Positions 1 through 12,544 of a stretch of 60,000 nucleotides of DNA are shown here, piece after piece. Position numbers and translations under genes: made by a program. The notes under the pieces are model-generated. The model was not told where the DNA came from and did no database searches. It saw only the letters and a program-made list of their open reading frames with translations. How positions within the stretch are numbered: position 1 is the first letter of the stretch; the number at the start of each line of letters is the position of its first letter. The stretch spans positions 98,706,001 to 98,766,000 of the forward strand of contig CM059431.1 in assembly GCA_030390025.1 (NCBI GenBank), read 5' to 3'. Source of the stretch: Squalus acanthias (lineage: Eukaryota).

Positions 1-1352
1 CTGTTTATTACATCCTCAAAGAACTCTAGCAAATTTGTCAAACACAATTTCCCTTTCATAAAACCATGTTGACTCTGCTTGATTGTCTTATGTTTTTCTA
101 AATGTCCTGCTATTACCTCCTTAATAATGGATTCCAGCATTTTCCCAATGACAGATGTTAGGCTAACTGGCCTATAGTTTCCTGCTTTCTGTCTCTCTCC
201 TTTTTTGAATAGTGGCGTTACATTTGCGGTTTTCCAATCCGCGGGGACCTCTCCAGAATCCAGGGAATTTTGGTAGATTACAACCAACGCATCCACTATC
301 TCTGCAGCCACTTCTTTTAAGACCCTAGGATTCAGGCCATCAGGTCCAGGGGACTTGTCAGCCTTTAGCCCCATTACTTTGCCTAGTACTTTTCCTCTAG
401 TGATAGAGATTGTTTTAAGTTCCTCCCTCCCTCCCTATAGCCCCTTGATTATCTATTATTATTGGGATGTTTTTAGTGTCTTCTACCGTGAAGACCGATC
501 CAAAATAATTGTTTGGAGTCTCTGCCATTTCTCCATTTCCCATTATTAATTCCCCAGTCTCATCCTCTAAGGGACCAATGTTTACTTTAGCTACTCTCTT
601 CCTTTTTATATACCTGTAGAAGCTCTTACTGTCTGTTTTTATATTATTTGCTAGTTTACTCTCATACTCTATCTTCTCCCTCTTTATAATTTTTTTAGTC
701 ATCCTTTGCTGGTTTCTAAAAATTTCCCAATCCTCTGGCCTACCACTAATCTTTGCAACATTATATGCCTTTTCTTTCAATCTGATACCATCCTTAACTT
801 CCTTAGTTAGCCATGGATGGTGCATCCTTCTCGTAGAGGCTTTCTTTCTCACTGGAATATACCTTTGCTGAGATTTATGAAATATCTCCTTAAATGTCTG
901 CCACTGCTGATCTACTGTCTTACCCTTTAATCCATTTTCCCAGTCCACTTTAGCCAACTCTGTCCTCATATCCTTGTAATTGCCTTTATTTAAGTTTAGG
1001 ACACTCATTTCAGACCCAAGTTTCTCACCCTCAAACTGAATTTGAAATTCTACCATGCGATGATCACTCTTTCCTAGGGGATCCTTTACTATGAGATCAT
1101 TAATTAATCCTGTCTCATTACACATTACCAGATCTAAAATAGCCTGCTCCCTGGTTGGTTCTTCAACGTATTGCTCTAAGAAACCATCCCGAATACACTC
1201 TATGAACTCGTCCTCAAGGCTACCTTTGCCAATTTGATTTGTCCAATCTATATGATGATTAAAATCGCCCATGATTATTGCAGTACCTTTCTTACAAGCC
1301 CCCATTATTTCTTGATTTATACTCTGTCCTACAGTATAGCTACTGTTAGGGG
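1..1352 (-). mobile_element. CR1 LINE ORF2 fragment (APE C-terminal part to RT N-terminal part), runs off window start
   Basis: ORF 415-1395 has IIMGDFN, PTREQAILDLV, LGKSDH (APE motifs). 1-414 continues in other frames with SPGPDG, NYRPVSLTS and QHGFMKGK.CLTNLLEFFE (CR1 RT). Confidence 0.93.
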
Positions 1353-2007
1353 CTGTGCCAAAGAAAGCTCTCAAAGAGCTATGGGGCTTTCCCATTCATT
1401 CTAACAGAGGGAAAGTGGTGCAGAGCGTCCGAACTATGCACCCAAATTTTCGATACGATTTCAAACTCCACACCAGGAGACCTAATCGGTAGAATCTGTC
1501 CCACTATCCATGGGTTTAATCGCATCGGGCTGTTAATCAGGTAAAAGCAAGGATTTAAAATGCTGCATCTCACGCGTATTTGAACAGTCAAAAGGTTGAA
1601 ATTGTATATTGCACTGTGTGGCGGGTTCCTGAGCAAATGTGGAAACATTAGCACAATGGACTTTAGTGGTAAAACCACATTAATCCGAGTTTTCAACAGT
1701 TGTTTCCACAAGGAAGACAATCTCAGTCCTAACAAGTCAGGTTATGACCCACTGATACCCACTTAATAACTCCAACTGATCCCAGCCTTAGGTCGCCTCT
1801 CGGCTGGGGCAGAGATCGCATCATGTAGAAGGCAGGTGGGATTACAGCTGACATACGCACGGTCTGGCCTGGACTGGTTCCGATCACCTCTGGGGGTCGG
1901 AGAGGATTTTTCCAGAGTTTTATCCGTCCCTTATCGCCCCTGGCAGATGGAAACCTTGGAGAAACGGTGTAAAAGCCATTTACGAATTTTCTCCAGCTCT
2001 TTTGAGA

Positions 2008-2317
2008 AGGCTGAGATCGATAGATTTTTGGATACGAAGGGAATCAAGGGATATGGGGATCGGGCGGGAAGGTGGAGTTGAGGTCGAAGATCAGCCATGA
2101 TGTTATTGAATGGTGGAGCAGGCTCGAGGGGCCGTGTGGCGGAGCAGGCTCGAGGGGCCGTGTGGCGGAGCAGGCTCGAGGGGCCGTGTGGCGGAGCAGG
2201 CTCGAGGGGCTGTGTGGCGGAGCAGGCTTGAGGGGCCGTGTGGCGGAGCAGGCTCGAGGGGCTGTGTGGCGGAGCAGGCTCGAGGGGCCGAATGCTGCTC
2301 CTATTTCTTATGTTCTT
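2008..2317 (+). mobile_element. CR1 3' end with internal tandem expansion
   Basis: EIDRFLDTKGIKGYG C-terminus, then the gatcagccatgat...gaatggcggagcaggctcgaggggccgaatg 3'UTR and ttcttatgttctt tail. Confidence 0.85.
2111..2292 (+). repeat. 26-bp tandem repeat, 7 copies (tggcggagcaggctcgaggggccgtg)
   Basis: Units start at 2111, 2137, 2163, 2189, 2215, 2241 and 2267. Confidence 0.95.
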
Positions 2318-2699
2318 CCGCCAAAAGTTACGGTGGGCGATCACAAGAAAACCCGCGGCAAATCAATCCCAAAATGTTTCCTAAAGGAGTTAGGACTTTC
2401 TTCATTACGAAGGATTCCCATAGCTTCAGGATTTCATCACTAGTTCCCACAATTAATAGCAGAGATGTCTTTGTCAGGTTCCTGTAACAGCCAAGTGGTT
2501 AAATGCACCAACTGCTGTGGGACTGAGCCACAGAGAGCAGGAAAGTCCCCATTTCAACCCATGCTCTGGGCCAAGTCATCTGATCTCAGGGAACAGTGGC
2601 CTCGTGTTTGGGAGGATGAATAAAGAAATAAGCTTGGGTATATGCTCTGATCCACTGTCTCTGCGGTGTCAGCCTACTTGTCTGACATCCATTCCTGGA

Positions 2700-3155
2700 T
2701 GAGCCGAAATTTCCTCCAATTAAACACTGGGAAGACCAAAGCCATTAATTCGGCCCCCGCCACAAACTCCGTTCCCTCGTCACCGACTCCATCCCACTCC
2801 CTGGCACCTGTCTGAGGCTGAATCAGACTGGTCACAACCTCGGCATCCTAGTTGACCCTGAGTTGAGTTTCTGAGCCCATATCTTCGCCATCACCAAGAC
2901 CACCTGCTTCCATCGCTGTAACATCGCTCGTCTCCACCCCTGCCTCAGCCCACCTGTTGCTGAAACCCTCATCCGTGCCTTTGTTACCTTCAGACTCAAC
3001 TATTCCAATGCACTCCTGGCCGGCCTCCCACCTGTCATCTGTCCTAATATCTCCTTCTATAGCTCGGCCTCAATTTTTGTCTGATAATGCTCCTGTGAAG
3101 CGCCTTGGGGTGTTTGGCTACACTAACGGTGCTATATAAATGCAAGTTGTTGTTG
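2700..3155 (+). mobile_element. L2-type LINE 3' fragment, internally deleted
   Basis: Degenerate RT C-terminal peptides (LNTGKTKA, NLGILVDPELSF, AETLIRAFVTFRLNYSNALLAGLP) followed by the gctatataaatgcaagttgttgttg tail. Confidence 0.8.
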
Positions 3156-3291
3156 ATCACCATCCAGTGATCCTGTGGGAGAAGTGTTGTGAGGGCAGCA
3201 CGGGACTCGGCCTCTTTTCATATGGAAGCTCCCCATCTAACCTCATAAGTGAGTATTCATCCAAGGTACCGAGGGCTGCCAGTAATGTGAA

Positions 3292-3942
3292 ACAACAGCA
3301 ACAACTTGCATTTATATAGCGCCTTTTTCACAGGAGCATTATCAAATACATTTTGACACTGGGCCACATAAGGAGATATTAGGACAGGTCTAAGAGGTAG
3401 TTTTTAAGAACCATCTTAAAGGAGGAGAGAGAGTTGGAGAGGTTTAGGGAGGGAATTCCAGAGCTTAGGGCCCAGGCAGCTGAAGGCACGGCCCCAATGG
3501 TGGAGCGATGAAAATCGGGGAGGCGTAAGGGGCCAGAATTGGAAGAGCGCAGAGATCACGAAGGGTTGTAGGGCTGGAGGAGGTTACAGGGATCTCGGGG
3601 GGTTGTGGGGCTGGAGGAGGTTACAGAGATCTCGGAGGGTTGTAGGGCTGGAAGAGGTTACAGGGATCTCGGAGGGTTGTAGGGCTGGAGGAGGTTACAG
3701 GGATCTCGGAGGGTTGTGGGGCTGGAGGAGGTTACAGGGATCTCGGAGGGTTGTAGGGCTGGAGGAGGTTACAGGGATCTCGGAGGGTTGTGGGGCTGGA
3801 GGAGGTTACAGGGATCTCGGAGGGTTGTGGGCTGGAGGAGGTTACAGGGATCTTGGAGAGTTGTAGGGCTGGAGGAGGTTACAGGGATCTCGGAGGGTTG
3901 TGGGGCTGGAGGAGGTTACAGAGATAGGGACGGGCGAGGCCA
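3292..3942 (-). mobile_element. L2-type LINE 3' fragment with internal tandem array
   Basis: caacaacttgcatttatatagcgcc tail in reverse; body matches the copies at 4428, 23163 and 25168. Confidence 0.8.
3563..3925. repeat. 37-bp tandem repeat, about 10 copies (gggttgtagggctggaggaggttacagggatctcgga)
   Basis: Direct reading; 37-bp period from 3563 to about 3895. Confidence 0.93.
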
Positions 3943-4111
3943 GGAAACGGTCTATCAACATCAGTCAGCGACTTCAGAGAGAGAGGTCGTCTGAGCAAAT
4001 GCAGGAATGTTATTTTGATCATTGTTTTGCATTGATTGCTAAAATATTTTCCCTTCAGTAGCCAGAGAATTCCAAGTGAAATTAAAATTCAGTAATATTA
4101 AAAACATGTAC

Positions 4112-4229
4112 CATAAGGATTTCTCCACTATTTTGGTCCTAAACACCTCCTCTTGATCCAGGTTGACGGTACAGTAGCAGTCCCTCATCTTATTTGGTCC
4201 TGGATAGGGAGGCATGTTTTTTGCTTCTC
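4112..4229 (-). CDS. RASA3: Ras GTPase-activating protein 3 (GAP1IP4BP), coding exon 2, start of first C2 domain
   Basis: Minus strand reads ctctttgttcttgccttgcAG | 118 nt | GTacat and translates (G)[38 protein letters not shown](C). This is nearly identical to the human RASA3 segment as I recall it ([40 protein letters not shown]). Canonical splice sites, phase 1 / phase 2. Confidence 0.94.
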
Positions 4230-4427
4230 CTGCAAGGCAAGAACAAAGAGCATGTAATTGGCACTGGAATCAAAACAAGAGCAGCTGGGTCCCGACAGAA
4301 CTCTACATGGAGATCCCATAACACAGCCACAATACAAACTGCCAAACATACCATTGCACATTGGCAGAAGGGGTTTACCTTTCTCCAAGAGTCAGACAGT
4401 CAGGGCTCAATTTAAAGCAGAACCTAT

Positions 4428-4798
4428 CGACAACAACTTGCATTTATATAGCACCTTTAACGTAGTAAAACGTCCCAAGGCGCTTCATAGGAGCGTAATC
4501 AGACAAAATTTTACACCAAGCCAATAAAGGACATATTAGGACAGGTGACCAAAAGCTTGGTCAAAGAGGTCGGTTTTAAGGAGCGTCTTAAAGGAGGAGA
4601 GAGAGGCGGAGAGGTTTAGGGAGGGAATTCCAGAGCTCAGGACCCAGGCGGCTGAAGGCACGACCGCCACTGTTGGAGCGATGAAAATCAGGGATGCGCA
4701 AGAGGGCCAAATTGGAGGAGCACAGAGATTTCAGAGGGTTGTAGGGCTGAAGGAGGTTACAGAGGTAGGGAGGGGCGAGGCCATGGAGGGATTTGAGC
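4428..4798 (-). mobile_element. L2-type LINE 3' fragment
   Basis: Same tail; translates SLHGLAPPYLCNLLQPYNP...GGRAFS.LGPELWNSLP. Confidence 0.85.
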
Positions 4799-5900
4799 AC
4801 AGGACGTCCCAAAGCGCTTTACAGCCAATTAAGTACTTTTGAAGTGTCATCACTGTTGTAACGTAGGAAACGCGGCAGCCAATTTGGGTACAGCAAGCTT
4901 CCACATACAGCAATGTGATAATGACCAAATAATCTGGTTTAGTGATGTTGGTTAATTGGCCAGGGCACCGGGGAGAAATCCCCTGCTCTTCTTCGAATAG
5001 CGCCGTGGGATCTTTTAAATCCACCTGAGAGGGCAGATGGGGCCTTGTTTTAACGTGTCATCCGAAAGACGGCACCTCCGACAGGGCAGCGCTCCCTCAG
5101 TACTGACCCTCCGACAGGGCAGCACTCCCTCAGTACTGCTCCTCCGACAGTGCAGCACTCCCTCAGTACTGACCCTCCGACAGGGCAGCACTCCCTCAGT
5201 ACTGACCCCCTGACAGTGCAGCGCTCCCTCAGTACTGCCCCTCCGACAGTGCAGCGCTCCCTCAGTACTGCCCCTCCGACAGGGCAGCGCTCCCTCAGTA
5301 CTGACCCTCCGACAGGGCAGCACCCTCTCAGTACTGCTCCTCCGACAGTGCAGCACTCCCTCAGTACTGACCCTCCGACAGGGCAGCACTCCCTCAGTAC
5401 TGACCCTCCGACAGGGCAGCACTCCCTCAGTACTGACCCTCCGACAGGGCAGCACTCCCTCAGTACTGACCCTCCGACAGGGCAGCACTCCCTCAGTACT
5501 GCCCCCCTGACAGTGCAGCGCTCCCTCAGTACTGCCCCTCCGACAGTGCAGCGCTCCCTCAGTACTGCCCCTCCGACAGTGCAGCGCTCCCTCAGTACTG
5601 CCCCTCCGACAGTGCAGCGCTCCCTCAGTACTGCCCCTCCGACAGGGCAGCGCTCCCTCAGTACTGCCCCTCCGACAGTGCGGCGCTCCCTCAGTACTGC
5701 CCCTCCGACAGTGCGGCGCTCCCTCAGTACTGCCCCTCCGACAGTGCGGCGCTCCCTCAGTACTGCCCCTCCGACAGTGCGGCGCTCCCTCAGTACTGCA
5801 CTGGAAATGTCAGCCTGGATTTTATGCTCAAGTCTCTGGAGTGGGGCTTGAATCCACAACCTTCCGACTCAGAGGTGAGAGAGCAACCCACTGAGTCACA
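4799..5900 (-). mobile_element. tRNA-derived DeuSINE (SacSINE1-like) with about 22 copies of a 33-bp repeat (5075-5798)
   Basis: A/B-box head at the right end, Deu-domain core (aattggctgccgcgtttcc) and L2-like tail, all in reverse. Confidence 0.85.
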
Positions 5901-6805
5901 AGTTGGGTAGGGAAAGAATTTGAATCCATGTTCCCTGTGCAGCAGATTAATGAGCTCATATTGGAATGCTGTTGAGTATTTTCATGGATTTTACAAACTG
6001 TCACAAATCCATGCTCTAATCTTGAAAGCACAATAGATGGTAATTGTACAGACCCACCCCCAGACTACGCAATGGCCTAGAGTTTCCCTAGCAATCCGGC
6101 TGAAAACTGGCCGCGCCCCCCGGATCGAATTAATCACTGTGGTGCGTTTCCGCTAATTGCGCCTGTTTGCGAGCCTTCGAGGAGGCTCTTAAAATTAAGC
6201 TTTTTTTAAGGACACTAATAGGCACATTTTAAAAGCTTTTAAAAACTATTTAATTTACTGAGAAACTGACTACCATACACCAAAGAAACTAGTAAATGGT
6301 TCTGTATAGTTTTAAAATTCATTTCCAGTGATTTAAAATCCGATTACTGACAGGTGGCGGACTGGACACTCTGATTAAAAATACTTTTTTTTGATGAACC
6401 CATTTTCAGTTCTATTAATCAAACTGCAGCAGCTTACAACTCTTAAGCACATCAAGAAATATTTATTAATGCAAGGATCAAAAAATAAATGATTCCGTTC
6501 TAAAACGCTGCCCGACTGCGCTGGTTCATGGAAGATTTTACGCTTGTGATTGTGCAAAAGATTTTGAGCGTAACCTCGAAGCCTAACTTCACTTTGGGAA
6601 AAATAGCGGAACTTCAGTCGCAAGTTTGCACCCGGATTGACGACTGTGCCCAAAGCGGATCGCTACCCCCGTTGTGTCAACTAATTTCCTGTACACTCAG
6701 ACTTCATAGTCATCACTTTACAGGTCTCGGTGGCATTTCTGCGACATGCTTAAAAACAAACCGATCAGTTTAACACTGATCCAGTGCTTTTAAAAAAGCA
6801 CAACT

Positions 6806-7090
6806 GTCAGCTTGGCTCAGTTAGTAGCACTCTTACCCTCAAGTCAGGAGATTGTGGTTTCAAGCCTCATCAAATTAACTTGAACTAACACTTCAGTGCA
6901 ATACTGCGGTGCTGTTTGTCAGATGAGACATTAATCTGCCTGTTCGGGTGGATATTGAAGGTCCCACCACAATATCTGAGGAACAGCGGGGAAGACTCCT
7001 GGTGTCCTGGTCACCAATCACCTAGCAACCAACACCACCAAATATAGTCATTCACCTCATTGTGGGACTCTGGTGTCACAGATTGCCGTC
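6806..7090 (+). mobile_element. Old diverged DeuSINE copy without expansion
   Basis: gtcagcttggctcagttagtagcactc head; gatgagacattaa and cctggtgtcctgg body motifs. Confidence 0.65.
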
Positions 7091-7094
7091 GAGA

Positions 7095-8600
7095 TCGCCT
7101 CCGAGTCAGAAGGACCCACTCCAGAGACCTGAGCACAAAATCTAGGCTGACACTCCCAGTGCAGTACTGAGGGAGCGCTGCACTGTCGGAGGGGCAGTAC
7201 TGAGGGAGCGCTGCACTGTCGGAGGGGCAGTACTGAGAGAGTGCTGCACTGTCGGAGGGGCAGTATTAAGGAATGCTGCACTGTTGGAGGGGCAGTACTG
7301 AGGGAGCGCTGCACTGTCGGAGGAACAATACTGAGGGAGCGCCGCACTATCGGAGGGGCAGTACTGAGGGAGCGCTGCACTGTCGGAGGAACAGTACTGA
7401 GGGAGTGCTGCACTGTTGGAGGGGCAGTACTGAGGGAGCGCTGCACTGTCGGAGGGGCAGTACTGAGGGACCGCTGCACTGTTGGGGGGCAGTACTGAGG
7501 GAGTGCTGCACTGTCGGAGGGGCAGTACTGAAGGATTGTTGCACTGTCGGAGGGGCAGTACTGAGGGAGCGCTGCACTGTCGGAGTGGCAGTACTGAGGG
7601 TGCTCTGCACTGTCGGAGGGGCAGTACTGAGGGAGCTCTGCACTGTTGGAGGGGCAGTACTGAGGGAGCGCTGCACTGTCGGTGGGTCAGTACTGAGGGA
7701 GCGCTGCACTGTCGGTGGGTCAGTACTGAGGGAGCGTCACACTGTCGGAGGGGCAGTACTGAGGGAGCGCCGCACTGTCGGAGGGGCAGTATTAAGGAAT
7801 GCTGCACTGTTGGAGGGGCAGTACTGAGGGAGCGCTGCACTGTCGGAGGGGTAGTATTAAGGAATGCTGCACCGTCGGAGGGTCAGTACTGAGGGAGCTC
7901 TGCACTGTTGGAGCAGCAGTACTGAGGGAGCGCTGCACTGTCGGAGGGGCAGTACTGACGGAGCGCTGCACTGTCGGAGGGGCAGTACTGAGGGAGCGCT
8001 GCACAGTCGGAGGGGCAGTACTGAGGGAGTGCTGCACTGTCGGAGGGGCAGTACTGAGGGAGCGCCGCACTGTCGGAGGGGCAGTACTGAGGGAGCGCTG
8101 CACTGTCGGAGGGGCAGGACTGAAGGAGCGCCGCACTGTCGGAGGGGCAGTACTGAGGGAGCGCTGCACTATCGGAGGGGCAGGACTGAAGGAGCGCTGC
8201 ACTGTCGGAGGGGCAGTACTGAGGGAGCGCTGCACTGTCGGAGGGGCAGGACTGAGGGAGCGCTGCACTGTTGGAGGTGCCGTCTTTCGGATGAGACATT
8301 AAACCGAGGCCCTGTCTGCGCTCGGGTGGACATAAAAGATCCCACGGCACTTTTTCGAAAAATATCAAGGGAGTTCTTCCTGGTGTCCTGGGGCCAATGT
8401 TTATCCCTCAACCAACATCACTAAATACGGATTATCTGGTCATTTATCTTATTGCTGTTTTTTGGAACTTGCTGTGCGTAAATTGGCTGCCGTGTTTCCT
8501 ACATTACAACAGTGACTACACTTCAAAAGTACTTCATTGGTTTTAAAGCGCTTTGGGACGTCCTGAGGTGGTAAAAGGCGCTATATAAATGCAAGTCTTT
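7095..8600 (+). mobile_element. DeuSINE (5'-clipped) with about 34 copies of the 33-bp repeat (7161-8276)
   Basis: Array gcagtactgagggagcgctgcactgtcggaggg, then the Deu core and aaggcgctatataaatgcaag tail. Confidence 0.88.
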
Positions 8601-9120
8601 GCAGTGACTTCACTTCCCCATATCGGTGAGTATGGGAGGAAGAAGCACATCAGGCAGTTTTTTTGTGGCCAGTTAGAAACTTGGCGGGAGCACTTATCAG
8701 AACCTGAAGTGGGTGGAAAAGAAACAAAAATATCATGCGCCCACTCACAAATATCCCAGACCTCGCAAGCATGTACAGTGAACTGATTAAACTATTAAAC
8801 GCTGTGGTTATTTCGCTAGATATTTGTGTTAATGAGTAGCACTCCCCAAAAATAAGACACTACCAGGGAGCCCGCATGACACTCGGCACAGAGATTACAC
8901 CCATGGCACCCGCAGCCATCTATTTCTGAAGAGTTCCCCAGGAGAACAGCCCTCGGCTCTTCTCATTTTGAACACCTGAGTTCATTTTCAGGCTCACTGG
9001 TTTTTTACTGAACAGGGGACTCACTCCCTGCATGCAGAAAGAATCCGCGACACAAACAGTGACTAACGAACTCAATAGGGACTCCACTGTGACTGGGAGA
9101 GCTACCCACCCGCTCCCCGC

Positions 9121-9310
9121 CACACACACACACACGTGAAAAAATATGAGAAAGACTGAGAGAGAGAAAGAGACAAAGAGAGATAGAGAGAGTGAGTGAG
9201 AGAGAGAGAGGGAAGAGAAAGAGACAGAGACAAAGAGAGGGGGCGACAGAGAGAGATAGAGAGAGAGACAGAGAGAGAGGGGGGTGACAGAGAGAGATAG
9301 AGAGAGAGGA
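9121..9310. repeat. (CA)n plus imperfect (GA)n microsatellite
   Basis: Direct reading. Confidence 0.9.
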
Positions 9311-10544
9311 GGCTAAAGCTCCAAAAACTAAGAGAATTCTTTCTTTAAACTTCATCTTCCCAGATTCTGAACACTTGGAATTACAGAAAAAGTTAGGTTA
9401 CTTGTCAAGTTAGCCAAGTATTAACTGAATGTGTCCCAGCAAACATCAAAATAAAAGGTCCCCTTTCAAAGTGAAGAATCTTCACGAGCCCAAAGTGAAG
9501 ATTCGTCTTTCCAATCTCCAATAGTCACAGAGGCAAATCTCACTCTGGTTGTGGTTTGGTCCAAGTGGATACCCGAATTATTTGCTCGTGAAACCCGTTG
9601 GGTTCTCTGCAAGTTTCTCAATGTCGCTGAAAGAGAGTGTCGCCTGACGGAGACTGGGTGTTTATGAACCTCACTTCCCATATGCTGAACGCAAGCCTAT
9701 TTGCCACATCAGAAACCTGAACTTCAGCCAGAGCAGAACCAACTACAGACAATGATTCAGAAGCAGAGGTTTTACAGAACAGCTGATGAAACAATTCCTG
9801 ACCTCAAGATTTCCCCAGAGAATTGGGCACGATTCAACGCCAGTTGGCATCGAAGTAAACAAGAATGAGAGACGGGGACAATGAGGCGTGATGGAGTCAA
9901 GGAGCAGCTTGACCGTTTACCCCAGTCCAATGCTATGGCACAATGACTGTGGCCATTGTATAAGTGTAGTCTGCACTTCGATACACGCGACTCGCTTGAC
10001 CATTCCCTCTCTGGTTTGGAGACAATATGCTTTGTTATTAGGGCTTTCTTCAGTGAATTGCGGACTGGATGCTCACTTGTAGCACATGAAGACAGATTCC
10101 TGGGCAAATCTCAGCATTTAAATTAATGACATATTTCCTGTTTGAATGGTTGACCTTTACAATCCTTTAAGTTGCATGTGGTGGGAAAGTAACAAAGTTA
10201 GAGTCAGCACTTAGAGGAATCCCACAACAGAAGAAAAAAGTAGTCTGAGAAGACATGTGCCAAATACTGTACTCCAACATGGATAGACCATGGATGGACC
10301 ATGAAGACATGTGCCAAATACTGTACTCCAACATGGATAGACTATGGAGGCATGTGGCAAAGACAGTGCTCCAACATGGATGGACCAGTGACCTGAGAAG
10401 CAGTCCACTAAAAGAGGATTTGATACAAAATGAAACTCACCGTTGAACTGAACAAACACAAAGAAAGAAAAATAATTTTAAATCTATTAGTCTGTCAAGT
10501 CGAGATGACCTTTTTTTCTATGAAGAAGCCGTTTTTGTCAGAAC

Positions 10545-10912
10545 ATTAAGAGGTAATCAGATAGTCGTATCTAAAATTATAAAAGGATGGGACAAAGTAT
10601 AGCTGTAGACTGTTTCCATGGATCAAGAATGAGGGGATATAGAGATTAGATTACATGTAGGTGATTGAGGACGGAGAGCAGGGGAAACCTATTTTTATAC
10701 AGGGGGGTTGTGAGGCTGTGGAATTCCCGACCAGAGTTAGTGACTGGAGCAGAGACCAGGGCCACATTTAATAATAGCTTAAATAGGTAATTGAAGGAAA
10801 GCGGGTTAAAGGGATATGGGAACAGAGGTATATTCGGATATGGCTCATGAGGAGGATGAGCACTAAACACGTTAGGTTGAACAGCTGGTTTCAGTGTTGT
10901 AATTCTACGTAA
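10545..10912 (+). mobile_element. Degenerate CR1 3' fragment
   Basis: taagaggtaatcagatag...gttgtgaggctgtggaattccc...aagggatatggg, matching the CR1 C-terminus. Confidence 0.65.
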
Positions 10913-11795
10913 CAGTGAGAGCCTGTTGGGGAAAGTGCCATAAATCTGAGATAGGGCCAAGTGCCGGTGTCTATCCACACCTCCGCAATGGCGGGAGGGT
11001 TACATGGCACCTGTGAAGGTACAGAGCAAGATCCCGCATTCCTGAGTTTGCTCTTGGATGCTTGGAGCACTATCTTTGGATCGAGCTTTCATGGTCCATC
11101 CATGTTGAAGCAAAAGGGCGAGTGTATCAAAGTACTGGGTGCATTTCACCTCATTTACAGGAGATAATGACCACACCACAATGTGACACAGTATTCAAGA
11201 CTTCACTCGTCCAAACAGAAACCTAAGCAAGCACAAATCTTTCTGGATTTTACACAAAGATCAGCATTGGAGAGAAGGTTTAAACTCGGACTCCTATTCC
11301 ACAAAAAAGTTACTTATTTTCACAACAGAGTGCTTGACTTTAGAAACAAGAAAACTAATGTGGGCCACTTGGAACATTAGTCCTACCCGAAGCATGGAGA
11401 AAAGCCAAACAATTAAGGAGACTGAGGACAGGCAATTTCAAAAATCAAAATCTAATCTTCAACACAAAGGCAACAGTTGGATCCCCTTCAAAGCTAGTTT
11501 GGGAATGGCAGGAGCTGCAGGAGAAAAACACAGCAGAAAAAGGGAGGGAACACAGAATCCGCCAGGCGCTGAATCAGAAAGCCCCGTTTCGAAAAAAAAA
11601 TGCACAACATGCATTTTAGACACCTTTCCTTTACAAGGAAACATTTGTTTAAAAGTCTCACTGACCTCTACAGACACCCCATGGTGTCTAAAACCCACAA
11701 AAGAAAAGTTAGAGAAAAACAAATCAAAAAAGAAATACTATGCTGTGAACAATCGTTTACAGATGAGATTCTCTGTTGTAACTTGGCAGGCAGTT

Positions 11796-11882
11796 TCCAG
11801 CTGCCAACTCACACACACACATCTGTCCAGCTGCCAGCTCACACACACATCTGTCCAGCTGCCAGCTCACACACACATCTGT
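11796..11882. repeat. About 28-bp minisatellite (tgtccagctgccagctcacacacacatc) x3, resuming at 12546
   Basis: Direct reading; further units at 12546-12620. Confidence 0.85.
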
Positions 11883-11903
11883 TGGACATCCTGGGGAGTT
11901 GTA

Positions 11904-12544
11904 TGTTGAACATCTTGGGGAGTTAAGGGTTAATAATCAAACTTCTTTGTATGGTGGAGCAACACGCTTTCTAATATAAACAGGATGGCTTCGCAGTGCC
12001 ATGAGAAGAAATCATGACTTGTCTTCTGTTCCAAATGTCTGAGTGTTATAGACAAGAAATGCTTGTGCAAGAAAATAAGTGACTGGAACGACATCAAGTG
12101 TAATAAATATCGGTGAAGGGATCTATTAACTATAGTGTGGAAAGATAATGGTTAATAAAGCCTGTTCTTCAAAGGATTCGAGAACAGTTGAGTCAGGGAG
12201 TCTTGTCTGAGAGAAGCAGCTTTGCATTAAACAAAAACTGTTCACGCAAATAGACTGTCAAGGGATTCAGATACGCCATGAGGTTTTATCTGTGACATGT
12301 ACCTTTGATGTAGGCAAAATAAGGTGTATAAAGGAGCATGGTTTTAAACAGGTCTTCGGAGGGCTCGAAAGATAGAACCAGGAACTGAAAACCACTCTCT
12401 GTGTACAGAATAGATCGATCACCTATACTGGATATCAATAAAGTCTGTTACGTATACTCCACCATCGAGTGTCTCGTGCTTACTGGAGGCGTGTTGTTGT
12501 AAACCAGAGAATGGAAGAGGTTGAATAACGGTTGATCCTTAACA
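11904..12544 (+). mobile_element. Putative solo LTR
   Basis: TGTT...AACA ends, TATAAA near 12327, AATAAA near 12438, flanks ttgta/ttgtc. It interrupts a minisatellite. Confidence 0.5.

Noticed and set aside
6060..6690. CpG-rich flanks around an AT-rich core, suggestive of a DNA transposon
   Set aside because: I could not identify matching TIRs or a TSD by eye.
7161..8276. CRISPR-like appearance of regular 33-bp repeats
   Set aside because: Units are head-to-tail with no unique spacers, there are no cas genes, and the context is vertebrate.
11334..11909. 191-aa plus-strand ORF
   Set aside because: No recognisable domain; low-complexity, and it ends in a minisatellite.
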